Source: Chiloscyllium plagiosum (taxonomy: Eukaryota). From it: a stretch of 64,000 nucleotides of DNA. The stretch spans positions 68,434,401 through 68,498,400 of the forward strand of contig NC_057718.1 in assembly GCF_004010195.1 (NCBI RefSeq), in the 5' to 3' direction. The position numbers and the translations under genes are program-made. The number at the start of each line of letters is the position of its first letter. The first letter of the stretch is position 1. The notes under the pieces were generated by a model that saw nothing but the letters and a program-made list of their open reading frames with translations, ran no database searches and had not been told where the DNA came from. Shown piece after piece: positions 50,314 to 61,139 of the stretch.

Positions 50314-53300
50314 TCCATGTGCCTATCCAAGAGTTACTTAAATGACCCTGATGTGTCTGATTCTACTACTGCTGCAGACAGTGCATTCCACTCACCCACC
50401 ACTGTGTGTAAAGGACCTACCTTTGACATCTCCCCTAAATCTTCCTCCAAGCTCCTTAAAATTATGCCCCCTCGTGATAACTATTTCTATCCTGGGAAAA
50501 CGTCTCTGGCTAGCCATTCCATCTATGCCTCTCATCCTCCTTCTCTCCAATGAGAAAAGCCCTAGCTCCCTCAACCTTTTTTCATAAGACATGCCCTCCA
50601 GTCCAGGCAGCATCCTGGTAAATCTCCTCTGCACTCTCTCCAAAGCTTCCATATCCTTCCTATAATGAGGCGACCAGAACTGAACGCAATATTCCAAAGT
50701 GTGCTCTAACCAGGGCTTTATAAGGCTATGGCATAACCTCGCGGCTCTTAAACTCAATCCCCTGTTAATGAAAGCCAACATACTATACACCACCTTAACA
50801 ACCCTATCAACTTGGGTGGCAACTTTGAGCGATCTATGGACATGGACCTCAAGGTCCCTCTGTTCCTCCACACTGCCAAGACTCCTGCCTTTAACCTTGT
50901 ATTTTGTATTCAAATTTGACCTTCCAAAATGAATCACTTCACCCCTTTCCAAGTTAAGCTGTGTCTGCCACTTCTCAGCCCAGCTCTGCATCATGTCATT
51001 GTCCTGTTGCAACCTAAAACAGCCCTCCACACTATTCACATTTCCACCAACCTTCATGTCATTGGCAAATTTACTAACCCACTCTTCCACTTGCTCATCC
51101 AAGTCATTTATAAAAATCATAAAAAGCAGAGGTCCCAGAACACATCCCTGCAGAACACCTCTGGTTACCAAGCTCCAGGCTGAATACTTTCCATTGACTT
51201 CTATCCTCTGTCTTCTGTGGGCCAGCCAATTCTGTATCCAGATAACGAAATTTCCCAGTATACCATGCCTCCTTACTTTCTGAATGAGCCTACCATGGGG
51301 AACCTGATCAAACACCTTGCTAAAGTCTATATACACCACATCCACTGCTCTACCTTCACCAATGTGTTTTGTCATATGCTCATAAGAATTCAGTGAGGCT
51401 TATGAAGCATGACCTGCCATTCACAAAGCCATGCTGACTATCGATAATCAAACTATGCTTTTCCAAATAATCATAAATCCTGTCTCTCAGAATCCTCTCC
51501 AATAATTTGCCCATCACCGACATACGACTGACTGGTCTGTAATTCCCAGGGTTACCCATATTCCCTTTTTTGAACAAGGAAATAACATTTGCCACCCTCC
51601 AGTCATCAGGTACTACTCTAGTGGACAGTGAGGATGCAAAGAACATGGCCAAAATCGCAGCAATTTCTTCCCTCACTTCCCGTAGTAACCTTGGGTATAT
51701 CCCATCTGACGCAGGGCCTTTTCTATCCTTACATTTTTTTTTCAAAATTTCCAGCACATCCTCCTCCTTAACATCAACCTGTTCGAGCGTATCAGCCTAT
51801 TTCACAGTGTCCTCACAAACGTCCTTCTCACTAGAGAATATTGAAGCAAAGTACTCATTAAGGACTCCCCTACACCGTCTGATTCCAGGCAAAAGTTCCC
51901 TTCAGTTTCCCTGATTGGCCCTACCTTCACTCTTGTCATCCTCTTGTTCCTCATATAAATGTAGAATGCCTTGGGGTTTTCCTTAATACTACCCGCCAAG
52001 GTTTTTTTCATGCCCCTTTCTCGCTTTAAGTCCATTCTTCAATTCCTTCCTGGCTACCTTATAACCCTGTAGAGGCCTGTCTGATCTTTGCTTCCTCAAT
52101 TTTAAGTAAGCTTCCTTCTTCCTCTTGACTAGATGTTCCACCACCTCTTGTCATCCAAGGTTCCTTCACTTGCCTCAGTGGGACAAACATATCCAGCACT
52201 TTCAGCAGGTGCTCCCTTAACCATCTTCACATTTCTGTCCTGCATTTCCCTGAGAATATCTGCTCCCAATTTATGCTCCACAGTTCCTGTCTAATGGCAT
52301 TGTAATTCCCCCTCACCCAATCAAATACTTCCCCAAGCCATCTGCTCCTCTCCCTTTCCATGACTATAGTAAAGGTCAGGGAGTTGTGATCACCATCATC
52401 TAAATGCTCTTCCACCGAAAGATCTGACACCTGTCCTGCTTTGTTGCCAAGTCCCAAAGCCAATATGGTCTCCCCTCTTGTCAGCCTATCTACATACTGA
52501 GTCAGGAATCCTTCCTGGACATACCTGACAAATCTGCTGCATCCAACTACTTGTACTAAGGAAGTTCGAATCAATATTAGGGAAGTTGAAGTCACCCATG
52601 ATAACCATCCAAGATTTTGCCTCCCAGTCTGCTCCTCAATGTCTCTTTTGCTAATGGGGGCGTCTGGAGAAAACTCCTAATAAAGTGACTGTTCCTTTCC
52701 GGTTTCTGACTTCCACTCATAATGACTCAGCAGACAAACCCTCCTTGGCAACCTCCCTTTTTGCAGCTGTTACACTTTTTCTGATTAGCAATGCCACTCC
52801 TTTACCTCTCTCCCTATTCCTTTTGAAACATCTAAACCCTGGAACATCCAACAATGATTCCTGTCCCTGTGATATCCAAATCTCCGTAATGGCCACAACG
52901 TCATTGTTCCAAGTACTGATCCATGCTCGAAGTTTATCATTCCTATTCCTGACACTTTTTGTGTTAAAATAGACACACTTCAACCCATCACAATGACTGC
53001 AACTGTCTATCCTTCCTCACAGACTCTCTGTACACTGTATCTGCCTGTTCAGCAGATATCCCGTCCCCTGATCCCTAGCTCTGGTTCCCATCCCCCTGCC
53101 AAACTAGTTTAAACCCTCTCAAAGAGCTCTAGCAAACCTCCCATCCAGGATACTGGTACCCCTCCAGTTCAGGTGCAACCCGTCCTCCTTGTACAGGTCC
53201 CACCTTCTCCAGAAGGCATCCCAATGATCCATAATGAGGCAACGTACCATCTGGAAGTCTTGTTCGCAAGCATAGACTCCTCTGTCTGTTAGTCTAACCA

Positions 53301-55106
53301 TTGAATTTCCTATCACTATCACTTTCCTATTCTCCCTCCTTCCTTTCTGAGCCACAGAACTAGGCTTAGTGCCAGAGACCTTGTCACTGTGGCCTTCTCT
53401 AGTAGGTCATTTTCCCTTCCCTCCAACAGTATCCAAAGTAGTGTACTTATTATTGAGGGGAGTGGCCACAGGGAATCACTGCACTGACTGTCTATTCCCT
53501 TTCCCTCTCCTGATGGTCACACAGCTACCTTTACCTTGTATCTTAGGTGTAACTACTTCCCTATAACTCCTCTCTGTCACCACCTCAGTCTCCCTAATGA
53601 TCCGAAGTTCGTCCAACTCCAGTTCCCTAACACGATCTATGAGGAGCTGAAGTTGGGTGCACTTCTTGCAGGTGAAGTCAGCAAGAACACTAATGGTGAC
53701 CCTTAACTCCCGTGTCCTGCAAGAGGAACATGCAACTGCCCAAGTCCCCATCCCTCTGCTGTAAATTGCCAAAAGAGATTAAAAATATCCTTACTTTACC
53801 AACCCTCCACACAGTCATTCATTGAATTCAGATAAAATTTTTGTCTTCAAGTGATTTTTTTTTTTGAAAAAGAGATTAATGTCCTAATCAGATTCCACAT
53901 TAAAAAACAACCAATTGTTTAATAAATTATTTAAACTGTCAATTAAACTATGAACTCCAAATACACTACTGAAATAAGTGTAGCTTTTGAATCAGATAAC
54001 CAGACTTTTTTTTTCTAATCTACACCACAGTACCAGTTGTAACTTGTGCTTTTTGTGAAGTTTAAGGAACATGGCCTTTAAATGATTTCAGATGATAACA
54101 GGTACACAGGATTTAATTACTCTTCAAGAGCATTCACATCCACCCATCAATTTGTGACGCAAACTGTAGGTTAAGACCCTTCGATCAGCCAAATCATGTC
54201 TGTTTGAGCTCAGCACTTGTTGAGTTTGGCTTGTCTTTTTGTGTGAATCATGGCCCACCTCCTCCCCTGCTGGCAAATAATGATTCTGTCAAACTTTTGT
54301 AACTGGGTCCTACCTGCCATTTTAATCTTCCATACTCCTTAAGACTCTGACCTTTGTCTGTTACCATGGATTCGAGACTCTTTGATTCATTCTAATGAAG
54401 ATTGCAAAGTTAGAGTTACTTTAATATGATTAGGTCCGTTGAAATATTTTGTTTTCCACACCCACCCCATTCACCCACACTGATCTTATTCAAATGAATA
54501 CCTTCCATAAATAGTGAACCAAAACAAGTTGACATATTTTTAAAATGAAATAAAAGGCCTCCTTGTGGAGGGCAATGTTTCTTCCCAAAATTAATTTTAA
54601 CTCTGTGCATGGCTGACCCTTTTTCCAGTTGGAGTAATAAACTTACCTCCTATTTGTGAAGTATGCATTTGGAAAGGAAAGGACTGTTTGGGGATTGTCA
54701 GCATGGCTTTGTGTGGAAAAATGTCCCATTAAGTTGATTGAGTTTTTCAAGTGCTGACAAAGAAGACTGAAGGCAGAGCAGTAGATATTGTATATATGGA
54801 TTTCAGCAAGGCGTTCAACAAGGTTCCATATCGTAGACTGATTAGCAAGGTTGGATCATATGGAATCCAGGGGGAGCTAGCAGTTGGATACAGAATTGGC
54901 TTGAAGTTAGCAGACAGAGGATGGTGGAAGAGGGTTGTTCTTTGGACTGGAGACCTTTGACCAGCAGTGTATTGCAAGGATTGGTGCTGGGTCCACTTTT
55001 TTTTTTGTCATTTTTATATAAATGATTTGGATGTGAATATAGAGAGGTATGGTTAGTAAGTTTGCAGTTGACATCAAAATTGCTTGTGTAGTGGACAGTG
55101 AAGAAG

Positions 55107-55444
55107 ATTAGATTAGATTAGATTAGATTAGACTACTTACAGTGTGGAAACAGGCCCTTTGGCCCAACAAGTCCACACCAACCCTCCGAAGAGCAACCCA
55201 CCCAGACCCATTCCTCTACATTTACCCCTTCACCTAACACTACGGGCAATTTAGCATGGCCAATTCACCTAACCTGCACATTTTTGGACTGTGTGAGGAA
55301 ACTGGAGCACCTGGAGGAAACCCACGCAGACACAGGGAGAATGTGCAAACTCTACACAGACAGACAGTTTCCTGAGGTGGGAATTGAACCTAGGTCTCTG
55401 GTGCTGTGAGGCAACAGTGCTAACCACTGTGCCACCGTGCCGCC
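55107..55444 (-). mobile_element. HE1 V-SINE
   Basis: TTAGA-repeat tail through to ccaccgtgccgcc head on the minus strand. Confidence 0.92.
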
Positions 55445-55864
55445 AAAGGTTATCTCCAACTACAATGGGATTTTGATCAGATGGGCAAATGAGCTGAGAA
55501 ATAACACATGGAGTTTAATTTTGATAAATGAGAGATGCTGCATTTTGGGAAGGCAAACCAGGGCGAGACTTGTACAGTTAATGATAGAGCCCTTAGGAGT
55601 GTTGCTGAATGAAGAGATCGTGGGGTGCAGGTGCGTAGTTCCTTGAAAATGGAGACGCAGGTAGACATGGTGGTGAAGGAGTTTCGCACACTTGCCTTCA
55701 TTGGTCAGTGCATTGAGTATAGGAGTCATGGCTCATGTTGTGGCTATGCAGAACATCGGTGAGGCCACTTTTAGAATACTGTGTTCAATCCGATCTCCTT
55801 GCTAAAGAAACCTGGAAGGGTTCAGAAAAGATTTATAAGGATGTTGCTGAAATTGGAGGGGTTT

Positions 55865-56182
55865 TTAGATTAGATTAGATTACTTAGTGTGGAAACAGGC
55901 CCTTCGGCCCAACAAGTCCACACCGACCCGCCAAAGCGCAACCCACCCATACCCCTACATGTACCCCTTTTTACCTAACACTACAGGCAATTTAGCATGG
56001 CCAATTCACCTGACCTGCACATCTTTGGAATGTGGGAGGAAACCGGAGCACCCGGAGGAAACCCACACAGACACTGGGAGAATGTGCAAACTCCACACAG
56101 TCAGTCGCCTGAGTCGGGAATTGAACCCGGGTCTCTGGCGCTGTGAGGCTGCAGTGCTAACCACTGTGCCACCGTGCTGCCC
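55865..56182 (-). mobile_element. HE1 V-SINE
   Basis: Reverse complement of the young plus-strand copies. Confidence 0.92.
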
Positions 56183-57132
56183 TAAGTTGAGTTATAGGGA
56201 TTGGCTGAATAGGCTGGGGCATATTTTCCTGGAGTGTCAGACTGAGGGGTGATCTTGTAGAGGTTTATGAAGTGTGGATAGGGTCTAATAGTCAAGGTCT
56301 CTTTTCCAAGGTAGGGGAGTCCAAAACTAGAGGGCATAGGTTTAAGGTGAGAGGGAAAAATTTAATAGGGAACTGAGGGGAATTATTTTCACGCAGTGGA
56401 TGGTGTGTGTGTATGGAACAAACTGCTAGAGAACGTGGTGAAGGTAGGTACAATTCCAACATTTAAAAGCCGTCTAGAGGTATATATGAATCGAAAATGT
56501 TTAGAGGGATATGAGCCAACTGCTGACAAATGGAACTATATCAGTTTAGGATATCTGTTCAGTGTGGACGAGTTGGACTGAAGGGTCTGTTTCTATGCTG
56601 TGTAATTCTGAGTCTATATCAAAATTCAGAAATCGAGAAACATGTAAGATATATTATTAATCATGCAGGTGCTTAAAGTAAGCAACACAGTAGTTCTGCA
56701 TTGTCTGATATTAATTTTATCGTTACATTATTTTCATCGGAGTTGACTGGGTGCTTTCAACTTAATCTGTTTTTTTTTTATCTTGAATGTATTTTATTTT
56801 GTAGTTTTTGTATTTTTAATACAAGAATATGTTTATCTTTGACACACTTATTAAACGAGATCAATATTTTCTATTTGCTAGCTTATTTTCTCCCACATTC
56901 TTTTTCAATGGGAAGCTAAATTCAGAATGGAAATAGCATATTGCAAGATCAACAAAATAGCCCTGATTGTTTCTTGTTGCTGTAGAGGGTGTGGAATGGA
57001 ATGCACTTTAGTTGTGTGATAAATAGACTGTCCTAGGTTAAAAATAAAAACTACGTAAACCTTTTTGTACAAAAAAGCAAACTCTGAAAAGATGGCTCAT
57101 AATCTGATCCAATAATATTTTTCCTCCTTCAG

Positions 57133-57270
57133 AACGATTTGATCACCACTGTCCCTGGGTAGGCAACTGCGTGGGAAAAAGGAACTACAGATTTTTTTAC
57201 ATGTTTATTTTGTCACTGTCATTTCTGACAGTCTTCATCTTCGCTTTCGTCATCACACATGTCATTCTCC
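57133..57270 (+). CDS. ZDHHC14: Palmitoyltransferase ZDHHC14 exon with the catalytic DHHC motif and following transmembrane helix, 138 bp, phase 1-1
   Basis: ttcctccttcag acceptor and GTAAGT donor. Translates as (E)[45 protein letters not shown](R). Joins in frame to the 34325-34486 exon (G|AA = Glu). Confidence 0.96.
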
Positions 57271-57607
57271 GTAAGTACTGTTTTAGGTCAGAATATTTGC
57301 TGCAGAAACTTAGTGTAATCTTGTTCATAACCTCCATTCATGTTCTGAAACAAAGTCAGTTACGCCATTTTATGATTCACTGAAAACTGACTGCAGTCTG
57401 GATCAACTTAGAATGATTTGTGCAGCTATTTACCTTGAATATGCTTTAGTTTCAGGTCAGAAGATCAGTAGTGTAAATATAAATGAAAAGCTATTCACTG
57501 GATCATAAGTTCATCGATTCCAGTGAAGCAGCACTGAAAACAAAAAAATGCTGGCAATCACAACAGGTCAGACAGCATCCATCTAGAGAAAACAGGCTAA
57601 CATTCTG

Positions 57608-57962
57608 GGTGGCACGGTGGCACAGTGGTTAGCACTGCTGCCTCACAGCGCCTGAGACCCGGGTTCAATTCCCGCTTCAGGCGACTGACTGTGTGGAGTT
57701 TGCACATTCTCCCCGTGTCTGCGTGGGTTTCCTCCAGGTGCTCCGGTTTCCTCCCACAGTCCAAAGATGTGCAGGTCAGGTGAATTGGCCATGCTAAATT
57801 GTCCGTAGTGTTAGGTAAGGGGTAAATGTAGGGGTATGGGTGGGTTGCGCTTCGGCGGGTGGGTGTGGACATGTTGGGCCTGTTTCCACACTCTAATGTA
57901 ATCTAATCTAAAAAAATCTAATCTAATCTAATCTAATGTAATCTAATCTAATCTAATCTAAA
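57608..57962 (+). mobile_element. HE1 V-SINE with an expanded TCTAA tail, inserted in an old pLTR
   Basis: TSD attctg at 57602-57607 and 57963-57968. Confidence 0.92.
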
Positions 57963-58669
57963 ATTCTGAGTCTAGATATGAGAGTGAGGGTGACAGAGAA
58001 TGTAGCAAGCAAAACTAAAAGAAAGGGAAGAAATGGGTTCACAATTTGAAGGTGTTGAACTCAATATTGAGCCCAGAAGATTATAAACTGCCTAGTTTGA
58101 AGATGAAGAGTTGCTCCTCCAGTTTGCACTGTGATTTGCAGGACCATTGCAGCATGCCGAGGATAGACACGTGAGCATGCGTTCAAGACCGGCTACGGGA
58201 AGGTCTGGGTCAAGCCTGCGAATAGACCAGAGGTGTCTGGCAAAGTGGTCACCCAGTCTAGGTTTAGTGTCCCCAATGTAGAGTAGGCCAATTAGGTGCA
58301 GCGAATACAATACACAAGATTGGAAGAGGTACAGGTGAAATGCTACTTCACCTGGAAAGATTGTTTAGGCTCTTGGATGGTGAGCAGGGAGGAGGTTACA
58401 TGGGAAGGTGCTGTGGGAAGGGGGTTTGGTGTTGGTTGTTGAGAAATAGACCTGGAGGGGACAATCCCAGCGAAATGCAGACAGGGAGGTGAGGGGAAGA
58501 TGTGATTGGTGGCATACTGTTAGAGTTGTCTGAAATGGCAGAGAGCGATTCTTTGAATGTGGAGAATGGTGGGTTGAAAAGTGAGAACAAAGGGGACCTG
58601 GTCACACTGTTGTGAGCGATGGGAAGGGGAAAGGTTGGACAGCTGGTGTTAGGTCAGATGCAATCGAGG

Positions 58670-59282
58670 TTGAAACTTTATTGCTGGAACAGCACAGCAG
58701 GTCAGGCAGCATCCAGGGAACAGGAGATTCGACGTTTCGGGCACAGGCCCTTCTTCAGGAATGAGCAGAGAGTGTTCAGCAGGAGAAGATAAAAGGTAGG
58801 GAGGAGGGACATGGAGGAGGGGCGTTGGAAATGTGATAGGTGGAAAGAGGTCAAGGTGAGGGTGATAGGTCGGAGTAGGGTGGAGGCGGAGAGGGCAAGA
58901 AGAAGACTGCAGGCCAGGAGGGCGGTGCCGGGCGGCTGGAGGGATTCGGCTGAGACAAGGTGGGGGGAGGGGGGATGAAGAAACTGGTGAAGTCCATGTT
59001 CATCCCCTGTGGTTGGAGGGTTCCCAGTCGGAAGATAAGACGCTCCTCCTCCGACTGTCGGGTTGTTGTGGTTTGGCGGTGGATGAGTCCAATGACCTGC
59101 ATATCCTTGGTGGAGTGGGAGGGGGAGTTGAAATGGTGTGCTACAGGTTGGTTGGGTTGGTTCGTCCGGGTGGCCCAGGGGTGCTCTCTGAATCGCTCCG
59201 CAAGTAGGCGGCCTGTCTCCCCAATATAGAGGAGGCCACACCGACTGCAGCGGATGCAGTAGATGATGTGGGTGGAGGTGCA
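58670..59282 (-). mobile_element. Young 5'-truncated Penelope-like element (GIY-YIG domain, 3' UTR, pLTR) nested in the older PLE
   Basis: Stop-free CTSTHIIYCIRCSRCGLLYIGETGRLLAERFREH...EERLIFRLGTLQPQGMN. 11-bp TSD tgcaat(c/t)gagg at 58659-58669 and 59279-59289. Confidence 0.92.
58727..58762 (-). ncRNA. Minimal hammerhead ribozyme-like motif, best copy in the window
   Basis: AUUC CUGAAGA A GGGC-cugu-GCCC GAA ACGU C GAAU: 4-bp stem I (AUUC/GAAU), 4-bp stem II, palindromic ACGU and GUC cleavage triplet. Confidence 0.75.
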
Positions 59283-61139
59283 ATTGAGGGCCCTGTCAAT
59301 CACAATGGGCGGGAAACCACTATTATGGAAGAAGGAAGCTGCTGTTTTATCTGAACAGATATGACATAGGTGAAGGAACTGGGAGAATGGGATGGAATCC
59401 TTGCAGAACATGGGGTGGCAAGAGCTGTAGTCAGTGGTTTTGTAGTGGATAGCAGTGGAAAGTTTTTTTCCCAAAATGGAGACTGAGAGATCAATGAAAG
59501 GAAGGGGAGTGTTGGAAATGGATGATAAAGTTATGGAGGGGTGCAAATTGGAGGCCAAATTATCAAATTTTTCAAGGTCCAGGTGAGAACATGACCTGGC
59601 ACCAAAACAGTCGTCGATGTACCGAAGAAAAGAGTTGTTGGAGGGAGCCAGTGTAGGACTGGAACAAGAATTGTTCCAATTACCCCATTAAAAAGGTAGG
59701 CGTAATTGGGGCCCAAGCTGGTGCCCATAGCCACTCCTTTGACATGGCAGAAATAAGATGAATCAAAGGAGAATTTGTTCAATATGAGGACAAGTACAGC
59801 CAGGCAGTGGAAGAATTGTGATTTTTCGGGCTTCTGGTTGAGGAAGAAGCTGAGAGCGCTCAGACCATCCTGGTGGGAAATAGAGGCGTAGAGGTATTGG
59901 GCATTCATGGTGAACAAGAGGCAGTTAGAGCAAGGGAACTGGAAATTGGCAATATTGCAGAGGGCATCAGAGGGATCGCAGATGTAGGTGGATAGGGTCT
60001 GGACAAGATGGAGAGAGGATGGAGTCAAGGTAGGGAGAAATTAGCTTGATGGGGCTGGAACAGGCTTATGCAATAGGCCTACTGGTGGAATCTGGTTTGT
60101 AGACTTTGGGGAGAATGTAGGAATGGGCCATGCGGGGTTGGGAGACTAAGGTTGGAGGCAGCGGAGGGAGGGTCTCCGGAGGTGATGAGGTTGGTGACAG
60201 TCCTGGCAACAATGGCTTGATGCTTGGATGTGGATTCGCGGCCTTGGGAAAGGGTGGGCATTGAGCCTGTGCAAGGTAAAGATCAGTGCGCCAGATGACA
60301 GTGGCTCCATCTTTGTTGACAGGTTTAATAATGAAGTTAGGCTTGGACCTGAGAGAGCAATGTGTGGCTATTTCAGAAGGGGGCAGGTTAAAGTGGGTGA
60401 GAGCAGCAGTGAAATTGATATCATGCCAGTAGTTTTCAATGAAGAGATCGAGTATAGGTAAGAGAGCAGAGGAACGGGTCCAAGTAGAGGGTGAATACTG
60501 GAGGTGGGTGTTGAGATCAGTGGAACTGGGCAGGGGGTAATCCTTCCCAAAGAAGTGAACAAGGAGACTAAGGCAGTGGAAAAACGGTTTGACATCCTAG
60601 TAACCGTAAAATTTATTAAAGTGGAGGTGTTGGTGTATGCAGCTGGGGACAATAGGTTCAGCCTCAGATGGGAAGGTCATGAGGCATTGTGAAAACATGA
60701 CAAGGGCTGGAGTTTGGGGGAGTGACTTCTGAGGAACAGAAAGGAATGGCATCTGAGAGCTGGGAAGGGGTGGGTGCTAAGGGACCATAAGAGATCAGCT
60801 CTGAGTGATTGGAGGGGATGGATCGGAGAGGCGTGAAGAAGGCACTGCAGGATGAGTGTTGCAGTCCATAAGTTGCTGGAGCTTGCATGCCTTGATGCCT
60901 GAAACAAAGAGAAAAAGTCTTTTGTTGAGATGACTGATGACGTGAAGGATGCAGGATGCTCATGGATCACAGGATGCAGGTGAAGCAGCAGTCTGAGGAA
61001 CATTGTATATCATAGAGATTAATCCTGATGGATTCAAAACACAAAGGGTGAAACTTGAGTTGAAATCCATGTCAACTAAGTCTGAGTCATTGGCAGTCGC
61101 TGAGAAAGGGAACATGACAACTGTGAAAGTGATTTTTGG

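Larger units (their letters stand above)
49962..53775 (-). mobile_element. Near-full-length CR1 LINE: ORF1 (zinc finger/leucine zipper plus SGNH esterase) and ORF2 (APE plus RT), disabled
   Basis: ORFs VACSSC...FTCKKCTQLQLLIDRVRELEL, VIVIGNSMVR...YKEDGLHLN, KCVYFNTKSVRN...VVAITE and the 327-aa RT piece 50392-51375. atagaac tail. Confidence 0.93.
54665..56610 (+). mobile_element. CR1 RT and 3' fragment carrying two HE1 insertions
   Basis: ORF EGRAVDIVYMDFSKAFNKVPY, then VWNKL...TFK...YMNRKCLEGY and the 3' tail. Confidence 0.88.
57535..61135 (-). mobile_element. Old Penelope-like retroelement (RT, GIY-YIG and pLTR), degenerate
   Basis: ORFs LFTMNAQYLYASISHQDG...HVKGVAMGTSLGPNYAYLF (PLE RT) and GLLYIGDTKPRLGDHFARHL (GIY-YIG). 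Confidence 0.85.

Noticed and set aside
55887..56252. Recurrent 90-120 aa ORF family (MWKQALRPNKSTPTR...) also at 15112, 33542 and 57597
   Set aside because: Antisense reading frame of the HE1 SINE. Recurrence reflects repeat copy number, not a gene family.
57171..57383. 70-aa ORF as a standalone membrane protein
   Set aside because: It is part of the ZDHHC14 exon read through the GTAAGT donor into the intron.
58851..59558. 235-aa ORF as an intact PLE protein
   Set aside because: Chance in-frame fusion of a young nested PLE (58670-59282) with the older degenerate host PLE across a TSD.
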